Source: Aquificota bacterium (GTDB taxonomy: Bacteria; Aquificota; Aquificia; Desulfurobacteriales; DQVG01). Taken from it: a DNA stretch of 64,000 nucleotides. The position numbers were made by a program, and so were the translations under genes. Shown piece after piece: positions 44,756-54,815 of the stretch. Under the pieces are notes generated by a model, which worked only from the letters and a program-made list of their open reading frames with translations, was not told where the DNA came from and made no database searches. Where the stretch lies: NCBI GenBank assembly GCA_027002265.1, contig JAMOTM010000043.1, forward strand, positions 12,103 through 76,102, written 5' to 3'. Within the stretch, counting starts at the first letter, position 1, and the number at the start of each line of letters is the position of its first letter.

Positions 44756-45499
44756 TTATTTTATAAACTCTGGAAAGTAAATTTTTTTTCCTTTTATAAG
44801 AGCTTTTATAATTACGTCTTTTCCTTTGATTTCCTCTATACGCTCTTTACTAAATCCAAGAGCTTTTAGATCTAAAGGTGGTTTTGGAGATAAATGACAA
44901 TCTTTACAAGAGTAAATACCTTCTTTTACAACATATCCATGAAGCTTAGATGTAAAAAGAGGATCTTTTTTATCTATTTTATCTTTTACAAGCTTATAAG
45001 GAATATCTAAAGGTTTCCCGTTAACTAAAGGTCCTATCCTTGCATCATCAAACTCGCCAGATAGAACAATTTCATTTCCGTATTTAATATAAGTAGTTCC
45101 ATATCTATCTGGTCCTCCAGAAACGGGATAAATTTTTTTTCCCTTTATTTTTATCCAAGAGTATGAGGAGGCTCCAATTTTTACATGACAGACTGTACAT
45201 GTTAAAAAACCAGCATGCATATTTAAAAAAGCAGCATATTTTCCTTTTTTATGAGGATAAGCAGTATGGCATTTTGTGCAGACATCTCCATAAAAAACTT
45301 TGTTATAGGTATTTTCTATATGAAAAGGTAGAGGATATTTATTTTTATTTATTTTTGGAGTTTTAAACTTTTTTAATTTTTCCTTCCAAGTTTTAATGTT
45401 TCCTTGAAAATCGCTATTTTTTATATACTCTAAAAGAACTTGGGAAAAGGCTAAATTAGAAACTATATAAAAAGCAAAAATATATTTTAATTTTGACAT
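44756..45499 (-). CDS. Trihaem cytochrome c, secreted
   Basis: Signal peptide plus three CxxCH motifs: CTKCH, CTVCH and CKDCH. Confidence 0.75.
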   Translation of the reverse strand: MSKLKYIFAFYIVSNLAFSQVLLEYIKNSDFQGNIKTWKEKLKKFKTPKINKNKYPLPFHIENTYNKVFYGDVCTKCHTAYPHKKGKYAAFLNMHAGFLTCTVCHVKIGASSYSWIKIKGKKIYPVSGGPDRYGTTYIKYGNEIVLSGEFDDARIGPLVNGKPLDIPYKLVKDKIDKKDPLFTSKLHGYVVKEGIYSCKDCHLSPKPPLDLKALGFSKERIEEIKGKDVIIKALIKGKKIYFPEFIK

Positions 45500-46452
45500 T
45501 CTACTTCCCTCCTTCTTTCATAAAGCTCTTTGTTTATTTGTCTTTCTATTTCGTGGGCTTTATGAATGATTTTTAAAATTTGCTCTTCCACGGGTAGTTT
45601 CTCTATAGATTTAATAAATTCATATCTTTCTTTTAAAAAGGGATATTTTTCTAAAAATTCTGGGCATTCTTCTCCTAATTTTTTTATAATTTTTCTATAA
45701 AGTCTTGGTTTTTCTTCCATAAGCTCTACTTCATTGAAAGTTCCAGTAAGCCATACCCAGTCCATAGGAAATTTTGAAGGTCCAAAATGAGCAAAATATA
45801 AATGAACTAATCCCAACCAACCTAAAGCTACAAAAGCTTCATCTGTGTGAGCAAGATAAGCTACAGAAATCGCCCAATTGGGAAAATGAAGGTAATGAGT
45901 AAAAAATTCCGGAAACCATAAAATGAAACCGGTAACTCCAATAGCAAACATACCCCAACCAACTGCAAAAAAATCAAATTTATCTATCCATATAAATTCA
46001 TCAAAATCAGGTGGTGCTTTTCTAATCCCAAGGTAGTAAGTTACCTGGTGGTAAATATCTATAGCATCCTTTAATCTTGGAAGCATAGGAAGTGCATCAA
46101 ATACCCCAATTTTTTTTATTCTATCTGTATTAAGAATGATTAAAAGGGTGCAGTAAAATACTGTAACTAGAAAAGTAAGAAACATAATAAGCCCGTATAC
46201 TCTGTGAATAGTCATTGCTCCAAAAGTTCCACCCATAAGATAGTAAAGAGGTTTAGCCCAGGAAGCATCCGAATACTTTAAAGGAAAACCCGTTAAAATT
46301 TGATAAGCTACAGTAACAAATATAAATACATGCAATATTCTATGGAAGATGTTAAATTTTCTATAAGCCAAATACTTCCCATCTACAATTAAAGTTTTTT
46401 CAACTTCATCTTTAAGCCTTAAATTTTCTTTTAATTTAGATAAAATTCCCAT
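45487..46452 (-). CDS. Membrane dihaem cytochrome b (FdnI / Ni-Fe-hydrogenase cytochrome b family)
   Basis: Starts with the YRKFNIFHRILHVFIF motif and has several transmembrane helices with conserved His residues (HRVYG, HTDEAF, HLYFAHFG). Confidence 0.6.
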   Translation of the reverse strand: MGILSKLKENLRLKDEVEKTLIVDGKYLAYRKFNIFHRILHVFIFVTVAYQILTGFPLKYSDASWAKPLYYLMGGTFGAMTIHRVYGLIMFLTFLVTVFYCTLLIILNTDRIKKIGVFDALPMLPRLKDAIDIYHQVTYYLGIRKAPPDFDEFIWIDKFDFFAVGWGMFAIGVTGFILWFPEFFTHYLHFPNWAISVAYLAHTDEAFVALGWLGLVHLYFAHFGPSKFPMDWVWLTGTFNEVELMEEKPRLYRKIIKKLGEECPEFLEKYPFLKERYEFIKSIEKLPVEEQILKIIHKAHEIERQINKELYERRREVECQN

Positions 46453-46464
46453 TTATAAAACCTC

Positions 46465-47574
46465 CTAATCCTCCTTATCCTTCTTTCTATTTCTTATTTC
46501 CCTAAATAAAGATAAAAATACAATTCCAGCTCCCATTAGAAGAACAGATGCTGCCATGTAAAACATTCCATGTTCTACTCCAAAAACTATAGCTTGAACT
46601 ACAGGATTTTCATATTTAAATACAGCTGGATCCATATGAACCCATTTAGTTGTTGCAAAATTTTTATCATTCCATTTAGCTACGAGGGGATGACATTCAT
46701 CGCTTCTTCCACAAGTTTTAGGCAAAACATTTGGATTAGTAGAAGAACGTTCATCTATAGTTTCAAAAATATCGTGAAAGTTACCATTTGCATGGGTATG
46801 ACAGTCTAAACAATCTGCAGCTCTTTTATCTTTAGGATAGAGTTTAAGCATTTTTCCATGCATAGTATTAAGATAAGCTTTTACAGCTTCAAGAATTTTT
46901 TCTTTTCTTTCTTCATCTTTTATTTGCATAACATTTATTGCTTTTTCCATTTTCCTTTTATCTGCGTGACAAGAAGCACAAAGTTTTACGATTTCCCATC
47001 CATTTCTTTGTATACCAGCTTTATAACCAAAGGCAAAACCATTTTTTTCAATAGGAATTTCACTTCTAGAAAGAACATGGGCATATGCAATTTTTAGATC
47101 GTAATTATTGGTGTGGCATATAGAACATTTAGCTAAAGATTTTTTTGCACTATTTAATTTTTCTAAATCTATAAGCTCTTTGTTTATATGGCAGTAAGAA
47201 CAAGAAGGAAAAATGTCTGGAGCTTTATCGTAGTATTTTCCGTGGACCGACTCTTTCCAAGTTTTTACAATATTTTCATGCGAAAAAAACTTTTTAGATA
47301 TAGGATCTATAACATGGCATTTTGAAGAGCAAGTTGCTTTTACGTTTTTAGGGTCGTGAGGATAAGCTTTTATTTTTGTATGACATTCTGAGCAATCCGC
47401 GTCCCTATGAACGGAATGTAAAAATTTTATGGAAGATATATCACAGAGAATAATAGTGTTGTTTTGAATGTAACCTAAATTTCTATACTTATGGCACATT
47501 AAACATCCATCTTTTGCTAAACTGAAAGATATAGCTAGTTCAAAAACAAAAAGGCTTTTTATAAAACTCTTCAC
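46465..47574 (-). CDS. Membrane-anchored multihaem cytochrome c (about 7 haems, C-terminal transmembrane helix)
   Basis: Signal peptide, then CLMCH, CSECH, CSSKCH, CSYCH, CSICH, CASCH and CLDCH motifs plus a C-terminal hydrophobic helix (FYMAASVLLMGAGIVFLSLF). Confidence 0.8.
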   Translation of the reverse strand: MKSFIKSLFVFELAISFSLAKDGCLMCHKYRNLGYIQNNTIILCDISSIKFLHSVHRDADCSECHTKIKAYPHDPKNVKATCSSKCHVIDPISKKFFSHENIVKTWKESVHGKYYDKAPDIFPSCSYCHINKELIDLEKLNSAKKSLAKCSICHTNNYDLKIAYAHVLSRSEIPIEKNGFAFGYKAGIQRNGWEIVKLCASCHADKRKMEKAINVMQIKDEERKEKILEAVKAYLNTMHGKMLKLYPKDKRAADCLDCHTHANGNFHDIFETIDERSSTNPNVLPKTCGRSDECHPLVAKWNDKNFATTKWVHMDPAVFKYENPVVQAIVFGVEHGMFYMAASVLLMGAGIVFLSLFREIRNRKKDKED

Positions 47575-47578
47575 GCTA

Positions 47579-47929
47579 TTAACCTCCTAGGTTTACAAGT
47601 TTTAAAATAAGTCCTACAAGCGTATATCCAAATGCAAAACCCATGCATAATGTAAAAGTCATTCCAAAAGATCTTAAAGCCCAACCTAGAGATTTATATT
47701 CATAGTAATATCTAGAGTAATAGGTGATAAGCAATGCTACTATTATTCCACTTATAAACTTTATCCAAAAATAGGAGCTATCTACGGCTTTTGATTGAGT
47801 TAAACCAGCTAAAAACACAAAACCCGCAACTGATAAAGCTCCTAAACCTACTATAAACATTAAAGGAGCTGCCCAAGCGTCGTCCCTTAACACTCGATTT
47901 GGAGGTATTGGATGTTTTAACTTTTTCAT
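47579..47929 (-). CDS. Hypothetical integral membrane protein (116 aa), first gene of the cytochrome cluster
   Basis: Three to four predicted transmembrane helices. It lies 4 nt upstream of the multihaem cytochrome gene. Confidence 0.45.
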   Translation of the reverse strand: MKKLKHPIPPNRVLRDDAWAAPLMFIVGLGALSVAGFVFLAGLTQSKAVDSSYFWIKFISGIIVALLITYYSRYYYEYKSLGWALRSFGMTFTLCMGFAFGYTLVGLILKLVNLGG

Positions 47930-48197
47930 GATAATACCCTCTCATTTAACAAAAGTTTTAAAACTACTAAATTTTTTAAAAAAGTATATTTTTATCAAGA
48001 TAAATTTTATTTTACAATTTATTTTGGAATTTTCAATTTTTAATTATATTATTTATCATCGTTTTGAATTATTTGAATATATAAATTATATTAACTTCTC
48101 CTAGGTAGGGAATATAAGATAAAATTCTGGATTTTTAAGTAAGATGTATAGATATTGAAAATAAAAGGTTTATAATAATTGATGCAAAATATTTTAA

Positions 48198-49736
48198 ATG
48201 AGAAAGGAGAGGATGAAAATATTAAAACAAGCTATTTTTGTTCTTATATTTTTTAAGGTAGCTTTTGCCATTAATTTAAATGATACAAGCTTTATTTATA
48301 AACTTTTAAGTGATTTTAAACTTCAATATGAACTTTTTAAAAATTCTCACTTAGAAGATGGAAAATATGTTTATACCGATAAATACGGAAATAAACTTAT
48401 ATTTACTGTAGATCCCTTTCTACAAAAAAAAGTAAAAAAATATCTTTTAAAACACCGGGTAAAGTATGGGTGTTTCGTTGCTATTGAGCCTCAAAGTGGA
48501 AGGGTTTTAGCTAGTGTTTATGGAAAAAAAGATATTTGTTTAAGAAATGATTTTCCTACAGCTTCTACCTTTAAAGTTATATCTGCAGCTTTAGCTTTAG
48601 AAAAAGATATTATGGAGCCTCAAAGTCATCTTTATTATAGAGGTCGTCCTACTTCCATTTCGTTTAGAACTTGGATAAGAGGAAGATATAGATACAAAAC
48701 TACTTTAGAGCAAGCTTTGGCAAAATCTATTAATCCGTTTTTTGGAGTGTTAGCATACAAATATTTTAGAAATTATAACTTAGAAGAATATGCTAAAAAA
48801 TGGGGATTTAATCTTTCTTTTTACAATTTTCCTTGGGGTAGGATAAAAAATTTAAATTCTATTGTTCAAGTTGCAAAAACAGCTGCTGGTCTTGGCCCAA
48901 CTACATTTAGTCCTTTTCATGGAGCTCTTATAGCTGCTACTATTGCTAATGACGGGATTATGCCAGTTCCAAGTTTTGTGGAAGCAATTTATGATAGAGA
49001 CGGAAACTTAGTATATTCTTTTACTTCAAAGTATTTTTGGCGAGTTATAGATGTTGATGTTGCAAATAAACTTTCTAATATGCTTGAGAAAACTTATGCT
49101 TATGGAACAGCATCTCATGATATAGAGTTTAGAAAATTTAAAAGGACTTTTAAAAATATAAAAATAGCTGGTAAAACGGGAACTCTATCAAATAGAAGTT
49201 ATCCAAAAGGTATTTGTCAATGGTTTATAGGTTTTGCCGATTATAGAAACCCATCTATTGCTGTTGCATCTTTAGGTATAAATAGGGGTTATATGACTAC
49301 AAGTGGATATGGAATTTCTGCTTATGGTCTAAGGGAGTATTTTTATGAAAAATTTGGAATTATAAAGAAAAGAAGAAAATATAAATATAGATCTTATAAA
49401 ACTAAATACAAAAAAATTTATTACATTGTTAGAAAAGGCGATAACTTATATTACATTGCAAAAAAATTTAATGTAAGAATTTCAGATATTAAAAGATGGA
49501 ATCATTTAAAACATAATTATCTCTATCCAGGCCAACGGTTAGTTATATATAAATCCTATTCTTACTTTAAAAAAAGAAAATACTTAAAAATAAAATATAA
49601 AGTAAAAACTGGAGATACTCTTTGGAAAATAGCCAGAAAATTTGGAGTTTCAATTAAAGCTTTAAAGAAATGGAATCATTTAAAAACTACGAATATAAAG
49701 GCTGGAGATTATCTTATTATTTATAAATCTTTGTAA
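48198..49736 (+). CDS. Penicillin-binding protein (transpeptidase domain only) with two C-terminal LysM domains
   Basis: Contains the SxxK (ASTFK), SxN (SIN) and KTG (KTGT) active-site motifs. Two LysM repeats follow (YYIVRKGDNLYYIAKKFNV...GQRLVIY and YKVKTGDTLWKIARKFGV...GDYLIIY). Confidence 0.7.
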   Translation: MRKERMKILKQAIFVLIFFKVAFAINLNDTSFIYKLLSDFKLQYELFKNSHLEDGKYVYTDKYGNKLIFTVDPFLQKKVKKYLLKHRVKYGCFVAIEPQSGRVLASVYGKKDICLRNDFPTASTFKVISAALALEKDIMEPQSHLYYRGRPTSISFRTWIRGRYRYKTTLEQALAKSINPFFGVLAYKYFRNYNLEEYAKKWGFNLSFYNFPWGRIKNLNSIVQVAKTAAGLGPTTFSPFHGALIAATIANDGIMPVPSFVEAIYDRDGNLVYSFTSKYFWRVIDVDVANKLSNMLEKTYAYGTASHDIEFRKFKRTFKNIKIAGKTGTLSNRSYPKGICQWFIGFADYRNPSIAVASLGINRGYMTTSGYGISAYGLREYFYEKFGIIKKRRKYKYRSYKTKYKKIYYIVRKGDNLYYIAKKFNVRISDIKRWNHLKHNYLYPGQRLVIYKSYSYFKKRKYLKIKYKVKTGDTLWKIARKFGVSIKALKKWNHLKTTNIKAGDYLIIYKSL

Positions 49737-49751
49737 TTTCGTGGAGCTATT

Positions 49752-50639
49752 TTGAAAGATTTTTTGAATGCTTTAAATATTTACTATAGCTATACAAATA
49801 ATTTGCCAAAAAGTTTAAAAATTTTAGCTCAAAGTGAAGAATTTAAGAAAATTTCTCAAGATATTTTAGAAAAGCTTAACAAAGGTCTTTCCTTTTCTAA
49901 AATTCTTTATGAAAAGGGTCTTATAAATTCATTTGAAAGAAAAATATTAAAATTTGGAGAAGATAATAATCTTTTAGAAAAAGCATTGTCCTTTATTTTA
50001 GATTATCGTTTTCTTAAAAAAAAAATAAAAAGAAACCTATTTAATAAAGTTAAGTATCCTTTTATAGTTTTTTTATTTAGCTTTTCATTTTTAATATTTT
50101 TTAAGCTAAAATTTCTTCCAGAAATTGAAAAAATATATCTAGAAATGAATTTAGAGTTGCATCCTTTAATAAAATTTTGGAAAATTATTTTTGAAGTGCC
50201 TTTTTATTTTTATATTTTATTTTCTTTCTTAATTTTCATCTTATTTTACAAAATTTATCTTATCTTTAAAAAACATATATTTAAAAGATACAACTTTATT
50301 TTAAATATTAAACTTTTTTTATTTCTTTATGAAACTCAAGGCTATATAAACACAGCTGCTTTTAAAAGTATAGCGGGGGAATCTATTTTAAAAACTTCGG
50401 ATTATTTAAAACCTTTTATACAAAAGGAAGATTATTATTTTTTTAAAATTAATGAAGAGAATAATAATATAGAAGAAGGTTTGAAATATTTGGAAAGAAT
50501 TTATGAAAGGAAATTTCTTAATTATTTGGAAAATTTATTAAATTTTATTTCTGTTGTAGTATACACATTTAGTGTACTTTTAGTTACTCTTTTAATTTTA
50601 TCTTATCAACTTCCTTTACTTTTTGGAAAAATTGAATAA
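49752..50639 (+). CDS. GspF/PilC-like (type II secretion / type IV pilus platform protein F) domain protein, divergent
   Basis: Has two T2SS-F-like repeats (SLKILAQSEEFKKISQDILEKLNKGLSFSKILYE...FERKILKFGEDNNLLEKAL, and a second ending IEEGLKYLERIYE) with membrane helices between them. Confidence 0.45.
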   Translation: MKDFLNALNIYYSYTNNLPKSLKILAQSEEFKKISQDILEKLNKGLSFSKILYEKGLINSFERKILKFGEDNNLLEKALSFILDYRFLKKKIKRNLFNKVKYPFIVFLFSFSFLIFFKLKFLPEIEKIYLEMNLELHPLIKFWKIIFEVPFYFYILFSFLIFILFYKIYLIFKKHIFKRYNFILNIKLFLFLYETQGYINTAAFKSIAGESILKTSDYLKPFIQKEDYYFFKINEENNNIEEGLKYLERIYERKFLNYLENLLNFISVVVYTFSVLLVTLLILSYQLPLLFGKIE

Positions 50640-50640
50640 A

Positions 50641-50668
50641 TTAGCCCCACAAAGGGGGCTACAAATCT
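50641..50668. terminator. Bidirectional terminator AGCCCC-acaaa-GGGGGCT between convergent genes
   Basis: GC stem read directly from the sequence. It lies between the GspF-like gene on + and ppa on -. Confidence 0.55.
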
Positions 50669-51191
50669 ATTTATTTGCATTATATCTTTCTATAGATTCC
50701 TCAATAAGCTTACAGGCTTCTTCTTTTGAACCCCAACCAATAACTTTAACCCACTTTCCAGGTTCTAAATCTTTGTATCTTTCAAAAAAGTGTTTTATTT
50801 TCTCTCTAGTTATTTTTGGAAGATCATCAATGGATTTAATATCTTCGTAACTTGGATCAAGCTTTGAAACAGGAACTGCAATAATTTTTTCATCTTGGCC
50901 AGCTTCATCTTCCATTATTAAAACTCCAATGGGTCTACATCTTAAAACAGAGCCTGGAACTACAGGCTCTCTTGAAATAACAAGAACATCTACTGGATCA
51001 CCGTCTTTTGCCAAAGTGTTGGGAATAAATCCATAATTAAATGGATAGTACATAGGAGTAAATAAAAATCTATCTACAAAAATAAGACCGCTATCTTTAT
51101 CAAGCTCATACTTTACGGCGCTTTTTTCAGGAATTTCTACAATTACGTAAATATCTTCAGGTGGATTTTTTCCAGCTGGTATTTTTATCAT
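50667..51191 (-). CDS. ppa: Inorganic pyrophosphatase (family I)
   Basis: DGDPVDVLV and [12 protein letters not shown] motifs. Confidence 0.85.
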   Translation of the reverse strand: MIKIPAGKNPPEDIYVIVEIPEKSAVKYELDKDSGLIFVDRFLFTPMYYPFNYGFIPNTLAKDGDPVDVLVISREPVVPGSVLRCRPIGVLIMEDEAGQDEKIIAVPVSKLDPSYEDIKSIDDLPKITREKIKHFFERYKDLEPGKWVKVIGWGSKEEACKLIEESIERYNANK

Positions 51192-51299
51192 TATTTGATA
51201 CCTCCTTAAAAAATATTATTGTATTTCAAACTTTATTATATAACTTTTATATTTCAAATTTAAAAAATTTAAAAATTATAAATTTAATTGGATAAATTG

Positions 51300-51740
51300 C
51301 TATTTATGCCCCGTAGAACCAAAACCGCCCTCTTTTCTTTCGGTTTCTGAAAGCTTATCTACAACTTCAATATCAAACAAATTCAATTTTCTTAAAATCA
51401 TTTGAACTCCACGAAAAGGAAGCTTTAGATCTGGAGCATTTTCATCTATTTTTCTTAAGGCTACTTTTATAGTTCCTCTATATTGAGGATCAATAATCCC
51501 TATAGAATTTGCCATAACAAAACCAGTTTTAGATAAAGAGCTTCTTGGAACAATTTCAATATAATAGCCTGGAGGAGGTTCTACCCTTATTTTTGTATCA
51601 TAAAAATAAAAATTACCTTTTTTCTCTATAAGTTCCACTAAATAAAGATCATAACCTACATCATCTTTATATTTTTTAAAAGGGGGGATACCCCCCTTTT
51701 CTATTTTAATTTTTACTTTCATTTTCTTTTTTGCCTCCAT
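51300..51740 (-). CDS. dut: dUTP diphosphatase
   Basis: GYDLY, RSS, GIIDPQYRG and GGFGSTG motifs. The true start is probably the internal Met at about 51722. The gene overlaps the pnp 3' end. Confidence 0.75.
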   Translation of the reverse strand: MEAKKKMKVKIKIEKGGIPPFKKYKDDVGYDLYLVELIEKKGNFYFYDTKIRVEPPPGYYIEIVPRSSLSKTGFVMANSIGIIDPQYRGTIKVALRKIDENAPDLKLPFRGVQMILRKLNLFDIEVVDKLSETERKEGGFGSTGHK

Positions 51741-54015
51741 TATCTTTTTCCTCTTGATTTTTTGCTTGATCTTCCTTTACCTTTCTAAGCTCCTCTTCTG
51801 TTAAGGTAGACTTACCTTCAAAAATATTTTGGTCTCCTTTCTTTGTTTTGAAAAATCCTCCGTAAGATTTTAGAGCTGTAATTTCCTCTGGAGATAAAGA
51901 AGTGAAAGATAGTTTTGGTCTTCCAAGAGGATCAAGCTCTAAAACTTTCACTGGAATTAAGTCTCCTACTTTCACCATTTCTCTAGCATCTGTTACCCCA
52001 GGTCCCATTTTAGATACATGAACAAGTCCTATCTTTCCAGGAATAATTTCTACAAATGCTCCATAATTTTCTACTCTTACAACTCGACCTAAAAATGTTT
52101 TACCTACAACATCTTCAGTAACATCTTTAATCATATCTATAGCTTTTTCCGCAGATTCTTTATTTGGAGCAGATACAAATACAGTTCCATCTTCTTGATC
52201 TATATCTATTTTTACTCCAGTAAGATCAATAATAGTTTTTATAGTTCTTCCAGAAGGTCCAATTAGGTCTCTAATTTTCTCTACGTCAACTTTAGTAGAA
52301 AGAATTCTTGGCGCATATTTAGAAATATCACTTCTTGGCTTATCTATAATAGCTTCCATTTTATCTAAAATATAGAATCTACCTTCTCTTGCCTGTCTTA
52401 ATGCATTTAAGAAAATATCTTTTGTTATCCCTTTAATTTTTAAATCCATTTGAATAGCTGTAACCCCTTTTCTTGTTCCAGCTACTTTAAAATCCATATC
52501 TCCTAAATGATCTTCATCTCCCAAAATATCGCTTAAAACTACAAAATTATCGCCTTCTTTTATAAGACCCATTGCAATTCCAGCAACCGGAGCTTTGATA
52601 GGAACGCCTGCATCCATTAAAGATAAACTTCCTCCACAAACTGTAGCCATAGAAGAAGAACCATTTGACTCTAAGATATCGGAAACTACTCTAATTGTAT
52701 AAGGGAATTCTTCTTCTGAAGGAATTACAGGAAGTAAAGCTCTTTCTGCTAAGGCTCCATGTCCAATTTCTCTTCTTCCCGGAGCTTTTAAAGGTGCAAT
52801 TTCTCCCACGCAGAAAGGTGGAAAGTTATAGTGGAGCATAAATCTTTTAGTTTCCTCCTCAGGTAAAAGAGAATCAACTATTTGAGATTCTCCTGGAGTT
52901 CCGAGTGTGGTTGTAACTAAAGCTTGAGTTTGACCTCTTTGGAAAAGAGCAGAGCCGTGGGCTCTTGGTAAAAGACCAACTTCTATATAGATAGGTCTAA
53001 TATCTTTTAATCCTCTACCATCAATTCTTTTTTTCTTTATAAGGGCATATTTTCTTACAAATTCTTTTTCTACTTCTCCAAAATAATTTTCTGCAAGCTT
53101 TTGAAGTTCTTCCGGAATTTCAAGATTTTCTATCATTTTTGCTTTAAGTTCAGCTAAAGCAGCTCTTCTTTGCTTTTTATCTTGAATAAATACTGCTTTT
53201 GCTAAACGAGATTTTGCAAATACTTCATCTGTATACTCGCCGGTAAATTCAAAATCCTCTCCAGATAGAAGATATTTTTTAATTTTTTCTTTAAGTTCTT
53301 CTGGAAGTTCATCTGCTTTAAATTCTATTTTCTCTTTTCCTGCAAGTTTTCTTAAGTCCTCTTGAGCTTCGCATATTTTTTTTATCTCCTCATGAGCAAA
53401 TAAAATTGCATCTAAGACTTCTTCTTCGGTAGCTTCCTTTGCTCCACCTTCTACCATAACAATTGCATCTTTTGTTCCAGAAACAATAAGATTTATATCA
53501 GCTTCTTCTAATTTTTCATAAGGAGGATTTATAACAAGCTCTCCATTTATTCTTGCTACTCTTACAGCTCCAACAGGTCCTTCCCAAGGAATTTGAGAAA
53601 GATGTAAAGCTGCAGAAGCTCCATTTATTGCAAGAACCGCTGGATCATTTTCTGGATCTGCAGATATTACAAAAGCTACAACTTGAACATCATTTTTAAA
53701 ACCTTTTGGAAACAAAGGTCTTATACTTCTATCAGTTACTCTTGCTTTTAATATTTCTTCATCGGTAGGTTTACCTTCTCTTTTTATAAAACCTCCTGGT
53801 ATCTTCCCTGCGGCATAAGCTCTTTCTCTATACTCAACAATTAGAGGACAAAAATCTATATCTTCTCTTGGAGTATCGCTCATCACTGCAGTAACAAGAA
53901 CCATAGTATCTCCTTGTTTTACTAAAACCGATCCATCTGCTTGTTTTGCAAGTTTCCCAGTTTGAAAAATCATAGGTTTGTTTCCTACCTCAGTTGAAAC
54001 TTCATATACACTCAT
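51706..54015 (-). CDS. pnp: Polyribonucleotide nucleotidyltransferase (PNPase)
   Basis: Two RNase PH domains, a KH domain (IRDLIGPSGRTIK) and an S1 domain, followed by an E/K-rich tail. Confidence 0.9.
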   Translation of the reverse strand: MSVYEVSTEVGNKPMIFQTGKLAKQADGSVLVKQGDTMVLVTAVMSDTPREDIDFCPLIVEYRERAYAAGKIPGGFIKREGKPTDEEILKARVTDRSIRPLFPKGFKNDVQVVAFVISADPENDPAVLAINGASAALHLSQIPWEGPVGAVRVARINGELVINPPYEKLEEADINLIVSGTKDAIVMVEGGAKEATEEEVLDAILFAHEEIKKICEAQEDLRKLAGKEKIEFKADELPEELKEKIKKYLLSGEDFEFTGEYTDEVFAKSRLAKAVFIQDKKQRRAALAELKAKMIENLEIPEELQKLAENYFGEVEKEFVRKYALIKKKRIDGRGLKDIRPIYIEVGLLPRAHGSALFQRGQTQALVTTTLGTPGESQIVDSLLPEEETKRFMLHYNFPPFCVGEIAPLKAPGRREIGHGALAERALLPVIPSEEEFPYTIRVVSDILESNGSSSMATVCGGSLSLMDAGVPIKAPVAGIAMGLIKEGDNFVVLSDILGDEDHLGDMDFKVAGTRKGVTAIQMDLKIKGITKDIFLNALRQAREGRFYILDKMEAIIDKPRSDISKYAPRILSTKVDVEKIRDLIGPSGRTIKTIIDLTGVKIDIDQEDGTVFVSAPNKESAEKAIDMIKDVTEDVVGKTFLGRVVRVENYGAFVEIIPGKIGLVHVSKMGPGVTDAREMVKVGDLIPVKVLELDPLGRPKLSFTSLSPEEITALKSYGGFFKTKKGDQNIFEGKSTLTEEELRKVKEDQAKNQEEKDNGGKKENESKN

Positions 54016-54076
54016 TTTTCCTACCTCTTTTTAATGTTTTTTTAAATTTAATTATAATTTGGTTTTTTTCTTTTTG

Positions 54077-54793
54077 TTAAATTAGGGCAAGAACTTCTTT
54101 AAAATCATTAAAGATATAATCTATATAAGATTTTATACCTTTTAGATCACTTAAGGATAAATTAGAAAAGTTTTTTATAAAAGCAACCTTGCAACCAGCT
54201 TTCTTTGCTCCTATTATTCCACTTTTGGAATCCTCAAATACTAAAGTTTCTTGAGGTTTGCTTTTTAAAATTTTTAAAGCTAAGAAAAATCCTTTTGGAG
54301 AAGGTTTGCTTTCTTTATAATCTTCTGCTGCAAATATTAAATATTTTTTTCTCCAAAATAAGTATTTTTTATTAAAGAAAAAGAAATGCATGTTTTTACT
54401 TTTTAACATAAATAGAGCTTCTTTATAACAAGATCCTGTTACGATAGCTTTTTTTCTTTTCTTCTTTTCCAAGAGTTTTAAAAAAGTTTTTATGCCTGGA
54501 TTATGAATAAGAGGATTTTCTACTATATCTTGAAATTTAAGTTTTAAAATTCCTTCATTTACTTCGTTAATACCTTTATCTAATTTATATTTATTTATTA
54601 TATGTTTATATATATGTTGCCAAGAATGACCAAAAACAATGTTTTTATCTTCTTCATCAAGAGTTATATTTAAACTTTTAAAGTATTTAAATATATAGCC
54701 TATATTTCTTTCTTCAGATAAAAATATAGTATCATCTAAATCAAATAAGAATGTTTTAAACGTCTTTAAATTTTTCACAGGATATCCCCCCAA
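54077..54793 (-). CDS. HAD-superfamily hydrolase
   Basis: Motif I LFDLDDTIF and C-terminal Lys and Asp motifs (VFEDSKSG). Confidence 0.6.
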   Translation of the reverse strand: MGGYPVKNLKTFKTFLFDLDDTIFLSEERNIGYIFKYFKSLNITLDEEDKNIVFGHSWQHIYKHIINKYKLDKGINEVNEGILKLKFQDIVENPLIHNPGIKTFLKLLEKKKRKKAIVTGSCYKEALFMLKSKNMHFFFFNKKYLFWRKKYLIFAAEDYKESKPSPKGFFLALKILKSKPQETLVFEDSKSGIIGAKKAGCKVAFIKNFSNLSLSDLKGIKSYIDYIFNDFKEVLALI

Positions 54794-54815
54794 AATTTGT
54801 GTATAATTTTGTATT

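Noticed and set aside
51676-51700. GGGGGG-ATA-CCCCCC palindrome resembling the intergenic terminator hairpins
   Set aside because: It lies inside the dut coding region, where it encodes KGGIPPF. It is not called as a terminator and is noted only as a motif copy.
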